A program made the position numbers and the translations under genes. From assembly GCA_016782885.1 (NCBI GenBank), contig JADHXQ010000011.1:1042-65041 (forward strand): a DNA stretch of 64,000 bases, written 5' to 3'. Source of the stretch: Phycisphaerae bacterium (GTDB taxonomy: Bacteria > Planctomycetota > Phycisphaerae > SM23-33). A model generated the notes under the pieces. It did not search any database. It was given only the letters and a program-made list of their open reading frames with translations, and had not been told where the DNA came from. Positions 39,289 through 48,128 of the stretch are shown here, in pieces (the stretch's first letter is position 1; each line of letters begins with the position of its first letter).

Positions 39289-40473
39289 ATGAACAGAACT
39301 AATTCGATGATCCTTGCCGCGGTGATGCTTTTCGCCTCTCTGTGCGCGCAATTCGCCGCGGGCGCGGACCTGTGCACCAGCGCGGTCGATCCGTACGACA
39401 TCGTCTCGGAGAAGGCGCGTTTCTACGCATCAGCCGGCAAGGACAACGAACTGTCGGCCACCGAGTTCGCAGCAATCCAGATCGGACCGACCGGTTTCAG
39501 GCGAAAGTTCGACAAGTGGTCGGAAATGCTGAAGTTCGACAGGGACGGAAACAAATCGCTCGACTGGCTGGAGGCGGGCGCATATCGCTTTGAAATGCGA
39601 AAGATGGTCCTCGCCGGTTACGACGCCAACAAGGACGGTAAGCTCGGCGGACCGGAGCGTCAGTCGGCCTGCAAGGCTCTCGCATCGGGCAAGATCCGTT
39701 TCCCGGTCAAACGGTCCGCTCCCCCCCCGCCATCGCCGCACCGTCCGAAGGACCACAAGAAACCAAACCACAAGCCGCCGAGCGGTAAACCCGACAAACA
39801 CCATGACACCAGGTCACGCGAGTCCGCCCAAGCCGCCGACAAGGAAGCTCGACTCCGCGAGGCCAGGCGGAGGCATGAGGAACACCAGGCCAGGCGGGAT
39901 ATCGAAAAGTTCGACAGCAACAAGGACGGCAGGCTCGACAAAAAGGAGAACGCTGAACGCGACAAGTACAATACCGAATCGCAGAAGCGGCAGTACGAGG
40001 GAAAGAAACGCTACAGCGAGTTGCTAAAGAAGTACGACAGGAACGGCGACGGAAGGCTGGACGACGGGGAGAAGGCTGCCGCCAAAGAATCCTACCGCCA
40101 GGAGGCCATGAAGCGAGCAGCCGCGGCAAGGGAGGCTTCCAAGAAGAAGATAGAGGAGTATCACCGCCGCAAAGAGGTCGAGAAATACGACAAGAACAAG
40201 GACGGCAGGCTCGACGAAGAGGAATCCGCCGCACTTAACGAAGCTCGCGCCGAACAGAAAAGACGCAAGGAGGAATTCTACAGGAAGTATGACTCCAACC
40301 GCGACGGGAAGATAAGCAGCGAGGAAAAAAATGTATACCTGCAGGAGTTGAAGAAGCGGAAAGAAGACCAGGACAGGGACAAGAGGAAGGGAAAAAAGGA
40401 CAAGGGCAAGAAGGATCCATCCAAACGCAAACCGCCCAAGTCACCCAAGAAGCACTCCAGGAAAGACCGCTAA
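39289..40473 (+). CDS. Secreted EF-hand repeat protein, highly charged
   Basis: Signal peptide; six DxNxDGxL-type loops separated by K/E/R-rich helices. Confidence 0.8.
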   Translation: MNRTNSMILAAVMLFASLCAQFAAGADLCTSAVDPYDIVSEKARFYASAGKDNELSATEFAAIQIGPTGFRRKFDKWSEMLKFDRDGNKSLDWLEAGAYRFEMRKMVLAGYDANKDGKLGGPERQSACKALASGKIRFPVKRSAPPPPSPHRPKDHKKPNHKPPSGKPDKHHDTRSRESAQAADKEARLREARRRHEEHQARRDIEKFDSNKDGRLDKKENAERDKYNTESQKRQYEGKKRYSELLKKYDRNGDGRLDDGEKAAAKESYRQEAMKRAAAAREASKKKIEEYHRRKEVEKYDKNKDGRLDEEESAALNEARAEQKRRKEEFYRKYDSNRDGKISSEEKNVYLQELKKRKEDQDRDKRKGKKDKGKKDPSKRKPPKSPKKHSRKDR

Positions 40474-40539
40474 CCTCCCCGGATGGCGGATTCACATCGT
40501 AAACTTCCGCGCCACCAAAGGAATTCCACGGAAAGTAGT

Positions 40540-40566
40540 CAAGAGCGGTTGCTCCGTATCCGATCA
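40540..40566 (+). promoter_or_regulatory. Sigma28-like promoter upstream of the CBS gene
   Basis: CAAG-N15-TCCGATCA. Confidence 0.4.
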
Positions 40567-40606
40567 GATGTCAGGAGGATACACAAAACAGTAACGGAGC
40601 AAGTTC

Positions 40607-41002
40607 ATGACAGCCATCGACGCGGTTGAAACCACCCGCGAGCAGACTCAGGAAATCATAGCTATCTCGCAACATGAGCGAATCATGGACGCCGCAAGAC
40701 TCATGCACGAAAACCGCGTTGGTTGCCTCATCGTCGCCGCGGATACCAATGACGAAACGATGGTGGGCGTAATAACCGAACGGGATATTCTCGGATGGAT
40801 ATCCAATGCCTCTCCCGAAACCTATTTCCAGCAGGTCCGAGAGATCATGACCACGAACGTTATTTCCTGCCGGCCGGACACGTCCGCCGGCGAGAGCCTC
40901 GAGCAGATGAAACGATTCCACATACGCCATATGCCCATCGTTGAGGACGGAAAGGCCGTAGGGATACTCTCGGTGCGAGATCTGCTCGAACAGCACCTTT
41001 AG
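40607..41002 (+). CDS. CBS domain pair protein
   Basis: VGCLIV, GVITERDI, VREIMT, IRHMPIV, GILSVRDL. Confidence 0.9.
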   Translation: MTAIDAVETTREQTQEIIAISQHERIMDAARLMHENRVGCLIVAADTNDETMVGVITERDILGWISNASPETYFQQVREIMTTNVISCRPDTSAGESLEQMKRFHIRHMPIVEDGKAVGILSVRDLLEQHL

Positions 41003-41166
41003 CCCGGACATCTCACGAAGTTCTCCGCAACTCCGGGGCGCCGAGGGGGAACTGTTCCCGGGCATGCTCGCGATAGTCACGGTGCATTGGGAAGACCGCG
41101 AAGCTTCTGGATTATCGTCTCGAATCTGCCGGCTTTGCCAGGGCGGTCAGCTACTCGGAAGCAGGC

Positions 41167-41195
41167 TTGACGGGCTTTGAGTGGGGCTATAGACT
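41167..41195 (+). promoter_or_regulatory. Sigma70-like promoter of nagBA
   Basis: TTGACG-17 nt-TAGACT. Confidence 0.55.
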
Positions 41196-41300
41196 CATGC
41201 GCATGAAGCTATCAACCCAATAATGTTTCATCCTGCGGGAGGGGGTGTTTCTCGTCGCGTTTTTTTTGAGGTTTTTTTGAAGTTCCTGAAAGGTTCCTTC

Positions 41301-42053
41301 ATGCGGAAGGTCGCATACAAAACGAAGGCGGAGATGGGCGCCGCCGTAGCCCGGATGGCGATTGTGGAAATCTCGACAGCTCTGGACAGGGCGTCAGCAG
41401 CTTCGGTTATCCTGGCTACCGGGGCGAGCCAGTTTGAAACCCTCGATGGCCTCGCCAACTCGCAGGCAGTCGACTGGTCCCGCGTCACGATGTTCCATCT
41501 CGATGAGTACATTGGCCTGGGCGAATCACATCGGGCCGGCTTCCGGAGATACTTGAAAGAGCGGTTCGCCGACCGTGTCGGAACCTTGAAGGCCGCGCAT
41601 TTCGTTAATGGCAACGCACCAGACGCCAGCGCTGAATGCCGGCGTCTGGGGGAACTTATCCGGATGAATCCTGTTGATGTCGCGCTGGTGGGGATCGGCG
41701 AAAATGGGCATCTGGCATTCAACGATCCGCCGGCCGATTTCGATACCGAAGATCCATATCTCGTTGTGGAACTCGACGAGGCCTGCCGGGCCCAGCAGCT
41801 CGGTGAGGGATGGTTCGAGACGATCGAGGATGTTCCGCACCGGGCAATCTCGATGAGCATACGGCAGATCATGAAGTCTCGCGTGATTCTTGTCTCCGTC
41901 CCCGACAAGCGTAAAGCCCGCGCGGTCGCCGATGCGCTGGAAGGTCCCGTAAGCAATACGGTCCCGGCCTCGGTTCTCCAGCAGCACCCCTGCTGCACGG
42001 TTTTCATGGACACCCCCGCCGCGAGCCTGCTGACCGAATACGAGAAGGAATGA
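41301..42053 (+). CDS. nagB: Glucosamine-6-phosphate deaminase family protein
   Basis: LATGASQ, FHLDEYIG, GIGENGHLAFNDP, VPASVLQ. Confidence 0.85.
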   Translation: MRKVAYKTKAEMGAAVARMAIVEISTALDRASAASVILATGASQFETLDGLANSQAVDWSRVTMFHLDEYIGLGESHRAGFRRYLKERFADRVGTLKAAHFVNGNAPDASAECRRLGELIRMNPVDVALVGIGENGHLAFNDPPADFDTEDPYLVVELDEACRAQQLGEGWFETIEDVPHRAISMSIRQIMKSRVILVSVPDKRKARAVADALEGPVSNTVPASVLQQHPCCTVFMDTPAASLLTEYEKE

Positions 42054-43039
42054 GCATGGTTTTTCCGGGTTTCGTGGATTTGCAGGTCAATGGCTTCGCG
42101 GGAGTCGATTTCTCGGCGCCCACGCTCGATACCGAGGCGTTCGCGGGCGCCTGCCGGGCAATACGCCAGTCCGGAACGGCGGCCTTCATGCCTACGCTCA
42201 TCACGTCGCCGGCGGAGGTTTACCAGAGGAACCTGGGCGTCATTGCAGGAGTCATGAAACGCCCGGAATTCGAGGACTGCCTGCTCGGAATTCATCTGGA
42301 GGGCCCGTTTATTTCGCCGATGGAAGGTGCGCGCGGAGCCCACAACCCCGATTGGATCGAAGAACCCTCTGCCGATTATCTCAGGCAATTGCAGGCCTGG
42401 GGCGGGGGAAATATTCGAATGATGACAATTGCAGCCGAACTGGAAGGCGCCGCTGAGCTCACTCGATGCGCGGTCGAAGCGGGTATCACGATTTCGCTGG
42501 GCCATCAGCTCGCAACGGGCGACGACCTGGAGCGACTGGGAGCCAGTGGCGCCAAGGCGCTGACCCATCTGGGCAACGCTCTTCCGGCCATGCTGCAGCG
42601 TCACGAGAATCCCATCTGGGCTGGCCTCGCCAATGACGGTCTGTTCGCTACAATCATTACCGACGGGCACCACCTTCCTGACGATCTGATCAAGGTCCTC
42701 GTCCGCGTCAAGGGACCGCGGCGCCTTGCCGTGGTGAGCGACGCGACCGCTATCGCCTCGCTGCCTCCCGGTCGCTATCAGACTCTCGGAAACGAGGTCG
42801 TTCTCGATGAGCGCGGTAAACTGTACAGTTCCGAGACGGGATATCTCGTCGGATCGTCCGCCACGATGCTGGATTGCATGAATCATCTGGCGTCACTCGA
42901 GTTGCTTTCATCTGAAGATCTCGTCGGCGTCGGTTTGGACAATCCGCTGAAGCTGGCGGGGCTCCGGCGAGAGGCAATTGCTGACAAGCCCCGCGTCGAG
43001 TATGTTCGGAGCGCCAATCGCTTTCGACTGATACCTTGA
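42050..43039 (+). CDS. nagA: N-acetylglucosamine-6-phosphate deacetylase
   Basis: PGFVDLQVNG, GIHLEGPF, GAH, THLGNA, DGHH, VSDA. Confidence 0.88.
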   Translation: MSMVFPGFVDLQVNGFAGVDFSAPTLDTEAFAGACRAIRQSGTAAFMPTLITSPAEVYQRNLGVIAGVMKRPEFEDCLLGIHLEGPFISPMEGARGAHNPDWIEEPSADYLRQLQAWGGGNIRMMTIAAELEGAAELTRCAVEAGITISLGHQLATGDDLERLGASGAKALTHLGNALPAMLQRHENPIWAGLANDGLFATIITDGHHLPDDLIKVLVRVKGPRRLAVVSDATAIASLPPGRYQTLGNEVVLDERGKLYSSETGYLVGSSATMLDCMNHLASLELLSSEDLVGVGLDNPLKLAGLRREAIADKPRVEYVRSANRFRLIP

Positions 43040-43076
43040 CGTGTTTTCCGTTCGTTCAGGAAGGGAAGGACAGTTT

Positions 43077-44366
43077 ATGAATAACTCGACAGATTCAACC
43101 ACGTCCAAAAAACGCCCTCCGTGGTGGCGGTCTCTGGGTCCGGCGCTGATCACGGCGTGTGTCGTATTCGGACCGGGCAGTCTCCTGATCAGCTCCAAGG
43201 TCGGTGCGGCGTACGGCTACGAATTCCTCTGGCTTCTCCTTGGGACCGGTGTGCTGATGGGGACCTACCTGACAATGGCCGCGAGAATCGGCGTTGTTGG
43301 CGGCGCCACGCCGTGCAGGCTGGTCGCCCAGCGGCTCGGACGCGTCTTCGCGGCGGTCGTCGGTATTAACCTGTGCCTGATCTGTACGGCCTTTCAGTTT
43401 TCGAACAATCTTGCTTTTGCGGCCGCAGTCAAAACCCTCGTCCCCGGGGTTAGACCCGAATGGTTCCTGTTTGGGCTTAACGGCATCATCATCGCTTTCT
43501 TTCTTTTCGCGGGGAATATCTATCGCGTTATCGAGCGGGTCATGAAGGTTACGATTGGGGTGATCCTGGTCTGTTTCGTGCTCAACCTGATTGCAGCCGG
43601 TCCGGGGCTTATGGACATTCTCGGCGGTTTGGTTCCGAGTTGGCCCGGGAATCTTCCCATCGGCCTGCCGGACAAGGTCGATGGTGAAATCCGCGACCCG
43701 ATGCTCCTTATCGCCTCGCTTCTGGGAACGACTTTCTCCGTGGCAGCAGCCTTTTTCCAGGGGAACCTCGTCAGGGAGAAGGGATGGAAAATCGAAGACT
43801 ACAAGCAAGGGGTCGGCGATTCGATTGTCGGTGTCGCCGTGATTGCCGGCGTCAGTATGATGATAATGATAACCGCCGCGACCGTTATCCCGGGACGCCC
43901 CGCCGCCGACATCGGGGCTCTGGCCCAATCCCTCAAACCCCTCCTCGGCAATTTCGCCCATATTGCTTTTTGCGTCGGTCTCCTGGTGGTCGCAATGAAC
44001 CCGTTCCTGATTAACGCCATGATCGGCGGAACCATGCTCGCCGACGGGATCGGCAAGCCCGCCCGATTGAGCGACCGCTGGCCCCGACGATTCACCATCG
44101 CGGTCCTGACCGTCGGGATGGTCGTGGCGATCCTCGCGCTGCGAACGGGGGCCAAGCCGATTCAGTTGATCGTATTCGGTCAGGCCATGACGGTAATCGG
44201 CAATCCCCTGATGGCCGGCGTCCTCCTGTGGCTGGCGAACCGCAAAGACATAATGGGCGACCGCCGCAATCGACTGACAGTAAACATTCTGGCTACAGTG
44301 GGATTCCTCGTTGTCTGCGCCATGGCCGTGCGGGTCCTTATGCGGTTGACATTCCAATTAACATAG
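43077..44366 (+). CDS. NRAMP-related (APC-fold) transporter
   Basis: LGPALITACVVFGPGS, GAAYGY..LW, about 11 TM helices. Confidence 0.82.
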   Translation: MNNSTDSTTSKKRPPWWRSLGPALITACVVFGPGSLLISSKVGAAYGYEFLWLLLGTGVLMGTYLTMAARIGVVGGATPCRLVAQRLGRVFAAVVGINLCLICTAFQFSNNLAFAAAVKTLVPGVRPEWFLFGLNGIIIAFFLFAGNIYRVIERVMKVTIGVILVCFVLNLIAAGPGLMDILGGLVPSWPGNLPIGLPDKVDGEIRDPMLLIASLLGTTFSVAAAFFQGNLVREKGWKIEDYKQGVGDSIVGVAVIAGVSMMIMITAATVIPGRPAADIGALAQSLKPLLGNFAHIAFCVGLLVVAMNPFLINAMIGGTMLADGIGKPARLSDRWPRRFTIAVLTVGMVVAILALRTGAKPIQLIVFGQAMTVIGNPLMAGVLLWLANRKDIMGDRRNRLTVNILATVGFLVVCAMAVRVLMRLTFQLT

Positions 44367-44450
44367 CAAACACCAGGCCTTTGTATTGCGCTGGCATTCA
44401 AGTATAATTACGATTGAAATATCCCCCTGGCTACGGAAGGCGGAAGCAAA

Positions 44451-47400
44451 ATGGCATATCCCAGACCTTTGATACCGTGTCGCATTGCGTGCGTGATCGT
44501 GACGATCCTGATCGCCTCTCACGTGACGGCCGGACCGGTCGCTGTCGACAAACCGCTGATCGCACACTGGACGTTTGACGATAACTCATCGGCAGGAGCC
44601 TCCTGCGCCGACGCGAGCGGTAAGGGCTTCAACGCGTCGCCCGCTGGCAAGGCTGGTCTGAGCCGCGTCGAGGGCGTTTCGGGGCGTGCGATGAGCTTTT
44701 CCGGTCGGCACAGGTTGCGCGTACCGAAAATGACCGATCTGACGAAGGTCAAAAAGATCACTCTCAGCGCCTGGGTGATGCCCGCCAGTTTCCAGACATA
44801 CAACGAGATCTTCCGCAAGGAAGACGCTCACTTCCGCATTCTGTTCTCGTTCCAGGAAAACGGGAGGACCCTGTCGCTCGGACTGAATATCGGCGGGTAC
44901 ATCGAGTGTGACGCCCGCATCAATCCGAAACAGTTGCTGGACGGGATGTGGCATTTCTGTGCGGCCACTTACGACGGTAAGACTATGCGCGTCTACCTCG
45001 ACGGAAAGGAAATCGCATCGCTCGATCGCCCCGGTGCGATCAACTCCCAGCGGAGCGCGGCGCCGTGCATCGGCTCGTCCAACGGCGGCGAATGCTTCCA
45101 GGGCGCAATGGACGACCTCCGCATCTACGCGGGCGCCCTGACCACAAAAGAAATCACCGCCCTCCACTCCCAGGGATTCAAAGCTCTCAAGGCGTACTAC
45201 GCCAAACAGGACAAGCATATCGATGCTTTTTCATCGGCCGACAAATCGCTGGCGCGCACGCTGGCCAAATGGCGGAAGGACCTCGTCGAGAAGCGCGTCG
45301 CCTTGAGTCCGAAACTCGCCCAGGCCGCCCGCAGGAAGCTCGGCGTCACCTTCCCCCAAGAGTACCGCAACTTCGTCGCCCTGACCGAAATAGACCCCAT
45401 AGAATATCTCCGCGCCACCGACGACAGCATAAATGAGAGGTTGGCAAATCGCGCGGTCGGACCGCTGGTCGAGTACAAACCTCTCACCAGGAACCAGTGG
45501 AGCAGGCAGAGCCCCGAAGACCTCAAGAAATGGAAGGCGATCGACGCGGCTGAGAAAACATTCGCCAACCTCCGAAAACAGGGCGCCGCGGCGCGCTTCT
45601 CGCCGGAATGGATCGAAGCGGCAATGCAGATCGGGCAAGACTACTCGAACGTCCCGACCAGACCCAGGACCAGGGAACGCGTGGCGCCCTACGTCACGCC
45701 GGCGACACCGGAGACGAAGAATCTCACCGCCGACGAAGCCAAAGAAGCCCTGCAGCGCGACTGGCTGCACCAGGCAGGCAATAAACCAACATCCCAACGT
45801 ATCGCCGACGAAATCAAGTGGACGCGACGTCTCGCGAAGAGAATCAAATCCGCTTCAGGCGGGAAGATCACTTTCGCCGCCGAACTTGTTAAGCTCGACG
45901 CCCTGGCGAAAACGGCTGCAACGCTCAAAACCGCATCGCCCGAGCTTTACTTCAAGGTCCGATCGATCAAGCGCGACATAGCCTTCAAGAACCCCGTCGT
46001 CGACTTCGCGAAGATACTGATGGTGGACATGCCTTATCCCGCGGGCAGCGAACCGATGCATGAAACGCGCCATCGTCTGGGCTACATGGCCGTTCCCGGC
46101 GCGCGGCTGCTCGTCCTGGACGGTCTGGCGCCGGACGGAAAACTCACCAAACTGGCGCCCAAGGCGCCGCTGCACGGATCGTTCTGGCGGCCTGACGTTG
46201 ATTTCGACGGAAAGAAAGTCCTGTTCTGCTTCAAACCGCATAACGAAAAATCATTCCACCTCTACGAAATCAACGCCGACGGGACCTCGATGGTCCAACT
46301 TACCGACGGGCCTTACGATGATCTCGACCCTATCTACCTGCCTGACGGTAAGCACATCATCTTCTCCACCACGCGCGGGCATACCTACGTCCGCTGCATG
46401 CCCCCCACCAACGCATACGTCCTGGGCCGCTGCGAGCGCGACGGGAAAAACATCTACCTGATCTCCCGAAACAACGAACCGGACTACCTCCCGTCAGTAA
46501 TGAACGACGGAAAAGTAATCTACACGCGATGGGAATACACCGACAAACCGCTCTGGCGGGCACAGGGCCTGTGGACCGTCAATCCCGACGGTACGCAAGT
46601 CGACACGTTCTGGGGTAACCAGAGCGTCTGGCCGGACCTGCTCAAGGATGCGCGCGCCATCCCCGGCAGCCGGCGAGTCATGTTCACCGGAAGCGCGCAT
46701 CACAACTGGTTCAGCGGAACGGTGGGCATTATCACGCCGGGCAAGGGCTTCAACTTCCCACACGGGCTTACCAAGGTCACCGCCGACCTGGCCTGGCCGG
46801 AATCCGGTAACGGTCCAAGCGACCCGATCGAATCGCCAAACTACCACGCATCGGGCAGGTACCCGGCGTACTACTCGCCGTACCCGCTCAGCGAGACCGA
46901 CTTCATCGTCTCGGCCAACCGCGGCGGGAAATTCCTGCTCTACCTCATGGACGTCGAAGGTAATCGCGAACTCATCTACGAAGGCGTGAACAATATTTTC
47001 CACGCCCAGCCCCTGAAGGCCCGCAAAAGGCCCCCGCTCGTCGAGGATCGAGTAACCTGGCCGACCGCCGAAAACCGCATGAAACCCAAAAGCGGCGTTA
47101 TCTACACCAACAACGTCTACCAGGGCGCACCGAAAGAGTTGGCCGGCAAGGCCAAGTACCTCCGCATCCTCAACATCGAGCACAAGACGTACACCTACTG
47201 GTACAAGCGCCCGTACCTTTCCACCGGCCCGGTAGTCTCCGCCGTGCAGTCCGAGGGCGTCAAACGCATCCTCGGCACCGTCCCGATCGAGAAAGACGGG
47301 TCGCTGGCGTTCGATGCGCCGGCTGGTATTCCGCTGCACTTCCAACTGCTCGACGAAAACTATCTCGCCCTGCAGACCATGCGGAGCTTCACCGGCGTCA

Positions 47401-48050
47401 TGCCCGGCGAGCGGCGCGGATGCCTCGGATGCCACGAACGACACAGCACCACCTCACCTCCGGCCGGGCGGGCAATCGCCCTTACCAAACAGCCGAGCAA
47501 GATCACCCCCCCGCCATGGGGCAGCGACACCGTCGGCTTCGAACGATACGTACGCCCGGTGCTCGACAAGTACTGCGGTAAGTGTCACCAGGGCGAGGGC
47601 AAGGGACGAAAAAAGCTCGACATGACCCCCCGCCCCGGACGACTCGGATTCGACGAAACGTACTGGCTGTTCACCGGAAAGCCCGCGTGGGGACGACCCT
47701 ACCACAAGCCCAAAAACCCCCCGCCGGGATTCGGAATCGCCGGTATGATCATGGTCGAGGGCTACCACCAGCGCGACCCCGTCGCTTACCAGACGCCCGA
47801 ACCGATGACGAGCCTCTCGTACAAAAGCCGCCTGGTCCACATAGCCTCCAGCGGAACGCACAACAAAGTCAAGGTCGATCCCGTAAGCCGCCGCAGGCTC
47901 ATCGCCTGGGTGGACGCCATGTGCCCATACCGCGGCGCCAGGGAAGTCCGCGCCATACCCGACCCGGTCTTCCAGGGCGTCGACTGGCTCTCAATCCGCC
48001 CAAAGATCAAGAACGCCCCGCGCATCACCAGACCGGGACCGGTGGACTGA
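44451..48050 (+). CDS. Secreted LamG plus hydrazine-synthase-alpha-like protein with two c-type heme motifs
   Basis: LamG (HWTFD, WHFCAATYDG, MDDLRIY); propeller (DLDPIYLPDG, YTRWEY); ILGTVPIEKDGS...QTMRS...PGERRGCLGCHE; YCGKCH. Confidence 0.85.
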   Translation: MAYPRPLIPCRIACVIVTILIASHVTAGPVAVDKPLIAHWTFDDNSSAGASCADASGKGFNASPAGKAGLSRVEGVSGRAMSFSGRHRLRVPKMTDLTKVKKITLSAWVMPASFQTYNEIFRKEDAHFRILFSFQENGRTLSLGLNIGGYIECDARINPKQLLDGMWHFCAATYDGKTMRVYLDGKEIASLDRPGAINSQRSAAPCIGSSNGGECFQGAMDDLRIYAGALTTKEITALHSQGFKALKAYYAKQDKHIDAFSSADKSLARTLAKWRKDLVEKRVALSPKLAQAARRKLGVTFPQEYRNFVALTEIDPIEYLRATDDSINERLANRAVGPLVEYKPLTRNQWSRQSPEDLKKWKAIDAAEKTFANLRKQGAAARFSPEWIEAAMQIGQDYSNVPTRPRTRERVAPYVTPATPETKNLTADEAKEALQRDWLHQAGNKPTSQRIADEIKWTRRLAKRIKSASGGKITFAAELVKLDALAKTAATLKTASPELYFKVRSIKRDIAFKNPVVDFAKILMVDMPYPAGSEPMHETRHRLGYMAVPGARLLVLDGLAPDGKLTKLAPKAPLHGSFWRPDVDFDGKKVLFCFKPHNEKSFHLYEINADGTSMVQLTDGPYDDLDPIYLPDGKHIIFSTTRGHTYVRCMPPTNAYVLGRCERDGKNIYLISRNNEPDYLPSVMNDGKVIYTRWEYTDKPLWRAQGLWTVNPDGTQVDTFWGNQSVWPDLLKDARAIPGSRRVMFTGSAHHNWFSGTVGIITPGKGFNFPHGLTKVTADLAWPESGNGPSDPIESPNYHASGRYPAYYSPYPLSETDFIVSANRGGKFLLYLMDVEGNRELIYEGVNNIFHAQPLKARKRPPLVEDRVTWPTAENRMKPKSGVIYTNNVYQGAPKELAGKAKYLRILNIEHKTYTYWYKRPYLSTGPVVSAVQSEGVKRILGTVPIEKDGSLAFDAPAGIPLHFQLLDENYLALQTMRSFTGVMPGERRGCLGCHERHSTTSPPAGRAIALTKQPSKITPPPWGSDTVGFERYVRPVLDKYCGKCHQGEGKGRKKLDMTPRPGRLGFDETYWLFTGKPAWGRPYHKPKNPPPGFGIAGMIMVEGYHQRDPVAYQTPEPMTSLSYKSRLVHIASSGTHNKVKVDPVSRRRLIAWVDAMCPYRGAREVRAIPDPVFQGVDWLSIRPKIKNAPRITRPGPVD

Positions 48051-48128
48051 GGGGCAACGGCCCTTGCCACAAATGACCAAAAGGCCACCAGGTTTTGGAA
48101 ACGCCCACGATACGGCGGGAAATGCGGA

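Noticed and set aside
39880-40330. Recurrent gac-aag-aac-aag-gac-ggc-like nucleotide repeats as a possible CRISPR array
   Set aside because: They are degenerate, in-frame EF-hand codons inside a CDS
41233-41280. Attenuator in the nagB leader (weak hairpin plus T runs)
   Set aside because: The stem is weak and no antiterminator or leader peptide is evident
44451-48050. Anammox hydrazine synthase
   Set aside because: No beta/gamma subunits, an extra LamG domain and a heterotrophic gene context
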